DNA of 64,000 bases, from positions 128,001 through 192,000 of the forward strand of contig CP147779.1 of the NCBI GenBank assembly GCA_037308085.1. The letters run 5' to 3'. This DNA is from Promethearchaeati archaeon SRVP18_Atabeyarchaeia-1 (GTDB taxonomy: Archaea; Asgardarchaeota; Atabeyarchaeia; Atabeyarchaeales; Atabeyarchaeaceae). The first letter of the stretch is position 1. Every line of letters begins with the position of its first letter. A program made the translations under genes and the position numbers. Shown one piece after another: positions 29,013-38,520 of the stretch. The notes below the pieces were generated by a model. The model did not search any database and had not been told where the DNA came from. It was given only the letters and a program-made list of their open reading frames with translations.

Positions 29013-29360
29013 TCAAAGCCAATCCATTGGGAGCTTTGACAAGGGAATATTCTCCTGCCTTCCCCCAGGCAACTTTCTTCTTATCGTTATCGGCAACACA
29101 TTTGCCTTCAGCTCGATTTCCGCTATCGTAATTGGATCCGCTGCATTTGGCGGAGCCTCCACAAGGATCGGCGCGCCCAAGGAGATTTGGAGGGCCCTCG
29201 AACCAATTATCCTCGACCTCTCGTACTTCGTCAGAGGTAGATTCAGCGCAGTGGGGAGCTCAATCTTTTCCGCAAAGGCCTCAATGCCGGAGTTGCCCTT
29301 ACTAGCTACATTTGCTGGAGCAGACGAATCCTCTTCACTCTCTTTTCCCTGGCTTCGCAA
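29013..29360 (-). CDS. rpoK: RNA polymerase subunit K (Rpo6/RPB6)
   Basis: LTKYERSRIIGSRALQISLGAP, DPITIAEIEL, LPITIRRKLP. Confidence 0.95.
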   Translation of the reverse strand: MRSQGKESEEDSSAPANVASKGNSGIEAFAEKIELPTALNLPLTKYERSRIIGSRALQISLGAPILVEAPPNAADPITIAEIELKANVLPITIRRKLPGGRQENIPLSKLPMDWL

Positions 29361-29888
29361 CCTCTAGTTTCCCTCCGCCCTTTTTCTCTCCTCCAGCAGT
29401 TCTCCGAAGCTTGAATTCGAGCTATATTGCAGCTAATTGAATAGCCTCTCTGAAGACCCCGACCAGCCCGTGGTATTGTCTATATTGACGGCAACCTGAC
29501 TCAGCGGCTTAATGAAGACCCCCTGTGACGTAGGAAAGATCAGAACATGATATGGCATGCTAGACTCGACTCCACTAAGACCCTAGAAGACTAACTGATA
29601 TGCCCCATTTCATCCTGGAATTCGGCGTTTATGCTCTGCCCTATCAAGAAACGCTTCGGAAGAACGGTTTTCCGTCCAAATACGACGTTTTGAAAGTAAT
29701 CCTCTAAATTATGCTCATGTGTATTTAAATTTTGCTTTTAAGTCTTCCCCACGAGCGCAACCAACTTCCTCGAGAACTCGTGACAGCGGACCGATGTTTT
29801 CTGTTCTAGCGCGTCGTAGATCCGTGGCTCTATCCCCCGAGGAACACGTTGGCAAGTCTCGGGATCAAGGCGGGTTAATTGCTGCAAC

Positions 29889-30422
29889 TCATTCCTTGAA
29901 GACCTTCGACATGAGGTAGGCATCTTCGCCGTCACTGTAATAACCCTTTAGGTTTTTGGAAATTACGAAGCCGAGGCTCTTGTAAAGACTTATCGCAGGT
30001 TCGTTACTCTCCCTTACTTCCAGAACGAACTCGGTCGCGCCATAATCATGCATCGCATCTAAGCCCTTTGCGACCAAGTCCCGCCCGACACCTCGGTTTC
30101 TGTGCTCGTGGAGTACTGCCACCGATACTACGTGTCCTTTTCGTGTTAACCTGAACCCGTAGTTCGATAGGCCTCTTTCTATTCGACACATTATGTAGCC
30201 GACTATTCCATCTTCAACGTTCTCTGAGACTAAGAATGATTTAGGGTATCTCTCATAGAGATCGATGAAGAATCCACTGGGATAGTTTTCGGGCAGGCAT
30301 TTCTTGTTGATTACAGTTACCTGGTCAAGATCCTTTGTCGAGAACTCCCTCGTTCGATAGATCTGGTTTGATTTGCCCATTGACGATTTCCTCTGTGCCA
30401 CCAACTCTGATCGAGTTTGCAT
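29889..30422 (-). CDS. Ard1/RimI-type protein N-terminal acetyltransferase
   Basis: CLPENY, GYIMCRIE, GHVVSVAV, LEVRESN, YYSDGEDA. The real start may be ATG 30380. Confidence 0.92.
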   Translation of the reverse strand: MQTRSELVAQRKSSMGKSNQIYRTREFSTKDLDQVTVINKKCLPENYPSGFFIDLYERYPKSFLVSENVEDGIVGYIMCRIERGLSNYGFRLTRKGHVVSVAVLHEHRNRGVGRDLVAKGLDAMHDYGATEFVLEVRESNEPAISLYKSLGFVISKNLKGYYSDGEDAYLMSKVFKE

Positions 30423-30516
30423 TGAATGATCAAACGTAAAGCTTTTTAACTATTGCGTTTCTCATTCCTACAACGCGTCGTTTCGTGCTCGTCATTATTC
30501 CTTCACATACTCAGAC

Positions 30517-31722
30517 TTGGGGTCTCCATACATGAGCCTTGAAATGGTGCCATTTTCTGCAAGTGATGCCTATCGCTTGATCTCCTTCACGGATCTGAGT
30601 TCGACTGTCAAAAGATATTTCAAAGTCGAACAGGCACTAATGGACGAGGTTCACGGAGGCATACCAACTTACGTCATCCACAAAGACGGGAACGTCAAGT
30701 CTGGCTTTGAGAAAATGAAGTTAAGGCTTGACGCATTCCAGATTGTGCCTCTACTACGGGAGGCTGAGGACAAGAGCCAGTACGTCCTCAGGATCTTCGG
30801 CATCCGGAAAGCCCCCGGCAAGAACCCTAGAACCAGAGCGAAGACACCTATTCAGCCTATACTGCTCATAGTCACCATCATCACCGTGTCGATCTCCGGA
30901 TATTTCATATCCGACGCTTTCTTCACTTCAACCGGTACCACCGCTTCGCTACCACTGATGTTACTCTCGACAGCTGAGTATGCGGCGTCACTTATGGCCA
31001 TCTTGACAGTACACGAACTGGGTCACGTCATCGCCTGCAAACTGCATCTGATAAAATCAACGCTCCCCTACTTCATTCCTGCGCCACCCTACCTAGGACC
31101 AGGGTTGTTTACTCCTGGCACTTTTGGCGCAGTAATCCTCCAGAAAGAGACCCCTGTAAACAGAGATCACTTGTTCGACCTAGGCATCGCCGGACCTCTC
31201 TCTGGCTTCATAGTAGCGTTCATTGTGACCATCATAGGGCTTTCACCTGGCTTGTCAAAACCCGTCTTTGCTCCACCAGGTGGGGTTGGCATCTATCCTC
31301 CCCCGTTAGTCTACATTATTGCCACTCTTATTCCTGGTCTGTCTGTAGGGGGAACGGCGATCGGTCTTCATCCAATAGCCCAAGCGGGCTTTCTGGGTTT
31401 GATCATAACGTGCTTGAACCTGTTTCCGATCAGCCAATTGGATGGAGGGCACGTGTCGCGAGCAGTATTTGGCTCAAAGTGGTACAGCAAGGCGTCAATC
31501 GTGTCTCTAATTATACTCTTGTTCCTAGGATCCATACCACCTTACTTCTTCCTTCCCTTCGCGATACTGATTATCTTCTTCTCTATTGGAGGAGGGCATC
31601 CAGGACCACTCGACGATGTCTCAAAGATAACCAATGGAAGGAAACTCACAATGATCCTCGGATTCGTGATACTCGTACTATCACTGCCAATGGAGTACCT
31701 AAAGTTGCTGCAGCCCTTCTAG
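30517..31722 (+). CDS. Site-2 protease (M50) intramembrane metalloprotease
   Basis: HELGH, IAGPLSG, NLFPISQLDGGH, multiple TM segments. Confidence 0.93.
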   Translation: MGSPYMSLEMVPFSASDAYRLISFTDLSSTVKRYFKVEQALMDEVHGGIPTYVIHKDGNVKSGFEKMKLRLDAFQIVPLLREAEDKSQYVLRIFGIRKAPGKNPRTRAKTPIQPILLIVTIITVSISGYFISDAFFTSTGTTASLPLMLLSTAEYAASLMAILTVHELGHVIACKLHLIKSTLPYFIPAPPYLGPGLFTPGTFGAVILQKETPVNRDHLFDLGIAGPLSGFIVAFIVTIIGLSPGLSKPVFAPPGGVGIYPPPLVYIIATLIPGLSVGGTAIGLHPIAQAGFLGLIITCLNLFPISQLDGGHVSRAVFGSKWYSKASIVSLIILLFLGSIPPYFFLPFAILIIFFSIGGGHPGPLDDVSKITNGRKLTMILGFVILVLSLPMEYLKLLQPF

Positions 31723-31878
31723 CCAAGAAATCTCCCGGCGGCTTTGGATTTCCATTGATTTCGAAGGCACAAATGGCCATTGGCTCGTGCCCACATCATG
31801 GCAAGGCTTTTTAGATGGTTCGAGGTGCTACATGTCGATTGTAATAGAACGGGTTTTTCTTTGGGAGAGAGCGGATAC

Positions 31879-32571
31879 ATGGATGGATGGAAGAGGCAAC
31901 TTGTGGAGCTAATAGTCAAGAAGAATGGACTTCTTTTTGGCGAATATCAGCTGAAGAGTGGAAGAAAGTCACCATATTTCTTCAACTTGGCGAACGTCGT
32001 ATCCGACGGTGAGGGCATCGCGAAAGTGGCGGAGGCTTATGCACTGGGCATACGAGATCTGGTTGGCTTGGGTTCAGTTGACTATATTCATGGACCGGCG
32101 TACAAGGCAATCGCGCTGGCAGGGTCGGTCGCCATGGAACTCTACACCAAGTTCCATGTTAGCAAAAGGTGGGGATTCGACAGGAAGCAGCCTAAAGAGT
32201 ACGGGGTCCCTAAGGAGAAGTGGCTAGTTGGTGAAGTCCGAGACCGAGATCGCATCTTGATACTTGACGACACAATCACGACGGGCGAAGCCAAGACAGA
32301 GAGCATGGAGAAGCTCAACAACTTCTCAGGATGCAAGGAACTGAAATTCGCCGCTATATTGATAATGTTGGATAGGATGGAGAGAGGGGACGAAGGTGTC
32401 TTGGCCTCAACGATGCTGAAGAGAGAAGGAATAGACGTGTTCTCGATACTTAATATCAGGGAAGTGTTCGAGTACCTTAGAGGAAGAGAGATCAAAGGGA
32501 AGACTTATGTTACCGAGGAAATCTATGGTTCCTTCAGCAAGTACCTTGATGAGTATGGCGGGCGGAAATGA
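31879..32571 (+). CDS. pyrE: Orotate phosphoribosyltransferase
   Basis: FGEYQLKSGRKSPYFFN, GPAYKAI, ILDDTITTG. Start reassigned to ATG 31879. Confidence 0.9.
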   Translation: MDGWKRQLVELIVKKNGLLFGEYQLKSGRKSPYFFNLANVVSDGEGIAKVAEAYALGIRDLVGLGSVDYIHGPAYKAIALAGSVAMELYTKFHVSKRWGFDRKQPKEYGVPKEKWLVGEVRDRDRILILDDTITTGEAKTESMEKLNNFSGCKELKFAAILIMLDRMERGDEGVLASTMLKREGIDVFSILNIREVFEYLRGREIKGKTYVTEEIYGSFSKYLDEYGGRK

Positions 32572-32745
32572 GCCTGCAACGCCATCTGCAACCTCGAGAA
32601 TCGGGAGGACCTGCCGATCTGTTCCAGATCGCCCTCCAACGTATATCTTGAGAATCCGCCAATCCTTAAATATCGTAATAGGTACAAGGGTACTTGGATC
32701 ATTTTGTAAGCTGGTCAGCTGTTCCGTTAGAGAGGCGGGGCGATA

Positions 32746-33288
32746 ATGGACTACGACTACCTGTTCAAGGTGATAGCCGTCGGAAACGGCGCTGTTGGAA
32801 AGACCAGTATCACCCTCCGTTTCAGCACTGGAAAGTTCAGAGACTCGTACATCATGACAATAGGTGTTGATTTCGCCATAAAGACGATCGAAGTCCAGAG
32901 CCGAGAGGGCGTTAAGAAAGTCAAGCTACAAATCTGGGACACCGGAGGGCAAGAGAGATTTTCATATGTCCGCCCACTGTATTACAAGGGGGCGATGGGA
33001 GGACTAGTTGTTTTTGATGTAACCCAGCCCGAGAGTTTTGAGAGCGTCCCGAAGTGGTTTGAGGAAGTAAGAAAGAATCGAGGAGACGTCCCACTGATCT
33101 TGGTTGGAAACAAGGTTGACTTGGATGACCGCAAGGTCTCATCCGAGCAAGCACAGCAACTGGCTAAGAAGATCGGGGTGAAGTATCTTGAGACGAGCGC
33201 GAAGACTGGCGAAAGCATCGAGAAAGTATTCAGTGAGTTGTCCAGTCTCATGGTCAAGTATACCAAGCAAATCGAAAGAGAGGGATAA
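32746..33288 (+). CDS. Rab-like small GTPase
   Basis: G1 GNGAVGKTS, TIGVDF, KLQIWDTGGQERF, YYKGA, NKVD, ETSAK; no C-terminal prenylation Cys. Confidence 0.95.
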   Translation: MDYDYLFKVIAVGNGAVGKTSITLRFSTGKFRDSYIMTIGVDFAIKTIEVQSREGVKKVKLQIWDTGGQERFSYVRPLYYKGAMGGLVVFDVTQPESFESVPKWFEEVRKNRGDVPLILVGNKVDLDDRKVSSEQAQQLAKKIGVKYLETSAKTGESIEKVFSELSSLMVKYTKQIEREG

Positions 33289-33455
33289 GCTGGCAGACAA
33301 CCTCCTGGGCTTGCCTTTGTTTGTCTGACTGATCTCAGGATGACAAGTAGTCTTGGGCTTATAACGATCCGGGGCGAGTAACCTACGATTTCTGCAGGCA
33401 AGACAAAAGGCTAGATAACATGACCATCAGAATCGGTGCAACGTGATGAGGAAGG

Positions 33456-35192
33456 GTGCGGGAAATGAGCCAACCGAATGAAACGGAGTTAAGCCAGTCA
33501 ATTAGGAAGCATGCCTTAATCAACGCGATCAAGCATGACGGCAAAGCTGACATCAAAGCCGTAATGAGCAGGATAATGGCTGACGTGCCTGCGGCGAGGA
33601 GCAAATCCAAGACGGTGAGAGAACTAGTTGACAAGATCGTCGCTGAAATCAATAATACGCCTCTCATACGGCAGAAAGAAATGGCTGGAGAATTAGCCCC
33701 CGACTACTTCGTGGAGTCTAAGAAGACGGCAAAGAAGGAACTGCCTCCACTGCCAGACGCTGCAGAGGGGAAAGTGGTTACCAGACTGGCGCCTGAACCC
33801 AATGGATACATCCATCTTGGAAACGCAATGTCCTTCAATTTCAACTTCTTATATGCCAGACGATACTTAGGGACCCTTTGGCTGCGCTTCGAGGATACTA
33901 ATCCCAAGAAGGAGAAGAAGGAGTACTACAATGCGATAAAAGATGACATCAAGTGGCTTGAGATAAAATGGGACAAGGAGAAAAGCAACTCGGATGACCT
34001 GGAGACCTTCTATGATTTCGCTGGGAAGCTACTCGAGCAGGGCAAAGCGTACATCTGCTCTTGCCCGCTGGAGGGGACAAGGAAGAACCGGGCATCTGGA
34101 TTGACATGCGCTTGCAGAGAGAACCCGCCCTCGAGGAATATCGAACTATGGGACCAGATGCTTTCAAATAGATTCAAAGAGGGGGAAGTTGTTTGGAGAA
34201 TCAAAGGAGACATGCAGAGCACGAACTACGTGATGCGTGATCCTACCCTTTTCAGAATAGTTGATTCCCCACATGCGCTGAAAGGTTCAAAGTACAACGT
34301 GTGGCCGACGTATGACTTTGCCGTGGCTATTGAGGACAGCATATGTGGAGTCACGCATGTACTTAGGAGCAATGAGTTTGCCCTTCGGGGAGAACTGCAG
34401 ACCTATATAAGAACACTACTTGACCTACGTGGCCCAATAATCCTAGAGTATAGCAGATTCAATTTCGAGGGGACGCCGACTTCGAAGAGGCTAATCAAGC
34501 CACTAGTAGATAGCGGCGCTGTTTCTGGCTGGGATGACATAAGGCTCTCGACCATCAGAGGGGTGAGACGCAGAGGAATTATTCCGAAGGCCATTCAGGA
34601 GTTCACTGTTCACATCGGGATCAGCCGTGCACAGCCAGTCTTCTCTTGGGACTTACTGCTAAGCATCAACCGGAAGATCTTGGACCCAATCGCCAAGAGG
34701 TACTTCTTTGTAGAAGACCCAGTGAAGATAATCGTTCAGGATGCACCTAGACTTGTGGTGAAGCTTAAGCACCACCCTGACATTGACCTCGGCTATAGAG
34801 AAGTGGAGACAGGCGACACCTTTTACATTCCCAGAAAAGACTTGGTCGATGCGGGCGGACTCTTGAGGCTAAAGGACCTATATAACGTCAAAGTTGTCGA
34901 GAAAAGTGCGAAAAGTGTTACTTGCAGATTTGCAGGGAGGGATTTAGTCGAGGGTATCACCAAGGTTCAGTGGACCACTGAGGAATTCGTTCCCATTGAA
35001 GTTCTTGTGCCTGGCCTCCTTTATGAGGGGGATTCTCTGAACAAGCATAGCCTTACCATAGTCAAGGGTTACGGCGAAAACTCATGCGGGGAAACGAAGG
35101 TAGATGAACATGTCCAGTTTGAGAGATTCGGATTCTGCAGGATCGATCAGAAGAAGGGGAATTCAATAACCGCGTGCTTCACGCATCGGTAG
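33456..35192 (+). CDS. gltX: Glutamyl-tRNA synthetase (archaeal type)
   Basis: TRLAPEPNGYIHLGN, RFEDTNP, WPTYDFA, THVLR, SKR, QFERFGF. Confidence 0.96.
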   Translation: MREMSQPNETELSQSIRKHALINAIKHDGKADIKAVMSRIMADVPAARSKSKTVRELVDKIVAEINNTPLIRQKEMAGELAPDYFVESKKTAKKELPPLPDAAEGKVVTRLAPEPNGYIHLGNAMSFNFNFLYARRYLGTLWLRFEDTNPKKEKKEYYNAIKDDIKWLEIKWDKEKSNSDDLETFYDFAGKLLEQGKAYICSCPLEGTRKNRASGLTCACRENPPSRNIELWDQMLSNRFKEGEVVWRIKGDMQSTNYVMRDPTLFRIVDSPHALKGSKYNVWPTYDFAVAIEDSICGVTHVLRSNEFALRGELQTYIRTLLDLRGPIILEYSRFNFEGTPTSKRLIKPLVDSGAVSGWDDIRLSTIRGVRRRGIIPKAIQEFTVHIGISRAQPVFSWDLLLSINRKILDPIAKRYFFVEDPVKIIVQDAPRLVVKLKHHPDIDLGYREVETGDTFYIPRKDLVDAGGLLRLKDLYNVKVVEKSAKSVTCRFAGRDLVEGITKVQWTTEEFVPIEVLVPGLLYEGDSLNKHSLTIVKGYGENSCGETKVDEHVQFERFGFCRIDQKKGNSITACFTHR

Positions 35193-35248
35193 CAAGAAAA
35201 GGAGACTGGGCAACGCCGACTAGAATAAGCTCCATAGAATAGAAGGGA

Positions 35249-35363
35249 GGGGCTTCATCGCCAATTCGGGAGAGGGGATTCCCTTCAGAAAGGGTAGCCC
35301 TTTCTGATGGAGGGCGAGGAAGAGGGAACATATGAGAAAACACCTTTACTGGCTCAGCCCCAT
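35249..35363 (-). ncRNA. Candidate ~115-nt K-turn-containing small RNA
   Basis: Closing stem GGGGCU/AGCCCC with a consensus K-turn (CU-GA-GCCA / UGGC-GAU-GA-AG), a perfect 10-bp internal hairpin at 35285-35307, and a TATA box about 25 nt upstream. Confidence 0.6.
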
Positions 35364-35385
35364 GATCAAAACCTAGCTTAGAACA

Positions 35386-35393
35386 TTTATAAA
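35386..35393 (-). promoter_or_regulatory. TATA box for the candidate sRNA
   Basis: TTTATAAA at archaeal promoter distance from 35363/35361. Confidence 0.55.
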
Positions 35394-35486
35394 CGTTTGT
35401 TCGAAAACCGCTTGGTTCTATATGTATTCACCCACTTTCTTGCGACGCTCGCAAGCAATTGCGACAATCACAGAGAAAACGCCATG

Positions 35487-36077
35487 CTAGTCCTCGATGG
35501 TACGTCTTAGCCTGCGACCACAGTTTGTGCAGAACTCTGGGTTCGATTCATACTCGACCCCGCATTTCGGGCACTTGTAGAATTCCTTCTTTGAGGCAGA
35601 ATCGACAAGTTCAACTCTGGTCCTTCTAGCTACCATTCCCTGCTTAGCCAGCCCTCCAACCACCCCCGGCAAACTGAGGATGAATCCGGTTTCAATCCCT
35701 GCCCAGAGCGTCTCCGAGACCACAGGCAACCAGCCCCCAGCCAAGGTCTGTGGGAAGTAGTTCTTAGTGATATAGAGTGAGAGCAGGGCAACTATGATGC
35801 CAGTAAGTAGCCCAGTGAGGATGCCGTCCGTCCAACTCTTCAGAAAGAGGAAGGAAAGGATGAATGTTACAACTAGTAGCACCGTCAGGGAACTGGATGA
35901 TAGCAGGTCAGACAGGAAAACTATGGTGAAGGCAATGACGTATGCGCGCTGTCCTTGACCTTGGTAAGTTTGCAGCAGAGCCTCGTACTGCCCCCGCATC
36001 AGGAAGTATGTTAGAGCAGCCAGAACCAGTATCAGAAGAATGGCTGTGCAGAATGAACGAAGTTTATGCGTTGGCAA
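35487..36077 (-). CDS. Membrane protein with C-terminal zinc ribbon
   Basis: 4-5 TM segments, then CPKC...CTNC. Confidence 0.8.
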   Translation of the reverse strand: MPTHKLRSFCTAILLILVLAALTYFLMRGQYEALLQTYQGQGQRAYVIAFTIVFLSDLLSSSSLTVLLVVTFILSFLFLKSWTDGILTGLLTGIIVALLSLYITKNYFPQTLAGGWLPVVSETLWAGIETGFILSLPGVVGGLAKQGMVARRTRVELVDSASKKEFYKCPKCGVEYESNPEFCTNCGRRLRRTIED

Positions 36078-36150
36078 TGAGTTGACACTACCTGGAAACG
36101 GAGTTTTGCAGGATTCGGTCTCTATCCACCTAGTGGCTCAGAAACCTTAT

Positions 36151-36669
36151 CTATCGCTTTATGTGAGTTAGAATTCCACCGAGTGCCCCCCCTACACCCG
36201 AAACGACGCAGAGCGCCACTGCCTGAAATGAGAGAAGGGACGCTAAATACTGTAGAGGGTTATTCATCCACATTGTTATCAAGCCATCTCCAGGCAGCGC
36301 TATACCCAAGAATGGCGAAAGGAACAGAACTAGCCACCCTATGACAACTGAGAGTATGGCCGAGAACAATCCTGTGCCAAAACCCTTCGAAGCATTTCTT
36401 GAGAGCATCCCTACCGTTATGCCGCCGACGAGCCAAGGCACCACTCCCAGAACCAAGAGTTGGATACTTGAGAGTTCAAGCTGTGCATCGAGAAGCACGT
36501 GGTGTACCAGAAACCATATCTTAGCAACCCAGGTGTATTGCGTGCTGAGAATCGTCTGGGCAAACGTGGCTGGAACTACTTCAGAAGGCAACTCACCGAA
36601 GAGTAACAGACCCCAAGCTAAGCCCAGAGAAACAGCGAAACCAGCGATGATGTTGACCGTTGATCCCAA
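36151..36669 (-). CDS. Small Gly-rich polytopic membrane protein
   Basis: About 4 TM segments with GxxxG motifs. Confidence 0.75.
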   Translation of the reverse strand: MGSTVNIIAGFAVSLGLAWGLLLFGELPSEVVPATFAQTILSTQYTWVAKIWFLVHHVLLDAQLELSSIQLLVLGVVPWLVGGITVGMLSRNASKGFGTGLFSAILSVVIGWLVLFLSPFLGIALPGDGLITMWMNNPLQYLASLLSFQAVALCVVSGVGGALGGILTHIKR

Positions 36670-36813
36670 TCTCGGTACCTCCTACAGAATCATATTCTAT
36701 AATCACTTTATTAAGATAGAGCAATCCTCTGGGCAACCGAAGATGCTCGGGGCCATACTCGCAATATTGGGTGTGATGTCTGCACTGAGTTGCCGGCATG
36801 AGTAATGCTGACT

Positions 36814-38175
36814 CTATGTTCGTGATAGCCCCTTTACTTCATCGTAGATTGCTTCCACTTTCTTCTGCCAAGTCCCGAGTTCTTTCAAGTTGCGCGGATA
36901 CGACTTGTACAAGGTTTTTGTTTCGCGCATCTTCTTGGCAACAGCATTTAGTCTTTTGAGGAGCGATATTTTGCCTATTCCCCTGAAGACTCGTCTCACT
37001 TTCTCGCTGGTATTGAGTTTGAGTTCAGCGCCCATACTCGTCTTGAGGATGTCTTCTTCAGTTACTATCCTGTTCTTAAGACCATAGTTCAGTTCCTCGT
37101 TTGTTAGGGTCTGAAGCAGTATTCTGAACAGATCGAGTGAGGGCTGCTTGTATCCGTACACCTCAATGAAGTCGGTGTTGTACTTCCAAAGCGAGCGCCA
37201 GCTGTAGTCTTCCTTCTCTATGGCCTTGATGGTGACTGCCCCAGCTGCGTCGCCGGCAAGCATTGAAGAGTGGATTCCGCCTCCGTGCAGCGGGTTGACT
37301 TGACATGCTGAGTCACCCACGAGCGCAAAGCCGTTGGCTACACATGACCATAGTTGGCGTCTGGTTGGAACAACGCCTCCTCCGCCTGTGAGAAGTTTCG
37401 AGTCCTTGAATATTCGCTGTTTGAGAACATGGCCGTATAAGAGTACCTTGGGGTTTGGATGTCCCTTCGCCATTTGTACGCCTAGACCCACGTTCAACCT
37501 TTTGCCAGATTCTGGGAACATCCAGACGTATCCGCCAGGCGCGAGGCTTTGGTCAAGATAGATCTTGCAGCAGTCCGGCGTGTCAAGTTCTTCCTCGACG
37601 GCCCTGATCTCACGATAACAGATTTCCACGTCTCCCGGTTCAACTTCAGTCTCTATGCCGTACTTCTCGGCGAATGGAAGAGCTTTTCTGAGTACCGCAT
37701 AGTACCCGCTCGCGTCAATCGTTATTTTTCCAAGGAATTCGACTGTTTCAGAGGTACTCATCTTCTTTGCGGTTACTCCGCACACTGCGTCATCTTTTAT
37801 GATGGGTGCTTGCACGATTGTTCTGTCGAATAGGGTTGCACCCGCATCGACGGCATCGTCAACGAGCCTTTGCCCGAAGTTCAACCTGTTTATGGTAAAT
37901 CCCTCGCCTTGTATCCTCATGTGGGATTCTCTGTCAGGGGAGTAAAGATCAAAGCCATTGATCTTGTGTTCGAGCTCGCCACCCTGCGGGTACTTCAGCT
38001 TGAGCTTGTCAAAGGCATCTTTTGAAATGCCATCTCCACAGACTTTCTCTCCTATCTTCTTTCTTTCCTTGCTGTCAATGAGAGCGACCCGGAGACCAGC
38101 TTTCGCAATGCGCTTGGCCGCCGCTGTTCCCCCTGTGCCAGCGCCTACGACAATGACATCACATTTTTCCGTCAA
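36814..38175 (-). CDS. Geranylgeranyl reductase family (DGGGPL reductase-like)
   Basis: VVGAGTGG, PGGYVWMFP, VGDSACQVNPLHGGGI. Confidence 0.92.
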   Translation of the reverse strand: MTEKCDVIVVGAGTGGTAAAKRIAKAGLRVALIDSKERKKIGEKVCGDGISKDAFDKLKLKYPQGGELEHKINGFDLYSPDRESHMRIQGEGFTINRLNFGQRLVDDAVDAGATLFDRTIVQAPIIKDDAVCGVTAKKMSTSETVEFLGKITIDASGYYAVLRKALPFAEKYGIETEVEPGDVEICYREIRAVEEELDTPDCCKIYLDQSLAPGGYVWMFPESGKRLNVGLGVQMAKGHPNPKVLLYGHVLKQRIFKDSKLLTGGGGVVPTRRQLWSCVANGFALVGDSACQVNPLHGGGIHSSMLAGDAAGAVTIKAIEKEDYSWRSLWKYNTDFIEVYGYKQPSLDLFRILLQTLTNEELNYGLKNRIVTEEDILKTSMGAELKLNTSEKVRRVFRGIGKISLLKRLNAVAKKMRETKTLYKSYPRNLKELGTWQKKVEAIYDEVKGLSRT

Positions 38176-38520
38176 AGTGACTCACACCACTGAGACGCTT
38201 TCAATCTGGAATACAACTAATATACGTTTCCATATTTCTCATAATCGGTTCAGAAGCTTCATGACCTGCATTTTTCGGATAAACGGAAATGCCGCATACA
38301 GTTCCTATTTCCTGCAAGTAGCTGAAGCGACGAAGAAGTACGGCAAATACCCATGGAGCTTTTAGGAGGAGCTTTGGATAGAACGTGTAGCGTTCCAACC
38401 TTCTCTTCGGGGCATGCCTTCCAGATGAAGCTATGAATGCTGTTTTCGAAAAGCGTATATTGAACTGTTACGTATTGAGCAGACAGCACTAACATTCTGG
38501 AGTCTGGTGTCATCCTAACC

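Noticed and set aside
29545-29600. ATGATA...CTGA spaced like a C/D sRNA upstream of rpoK
   Set aside because: Imperfect C box and no recognisable C' box.
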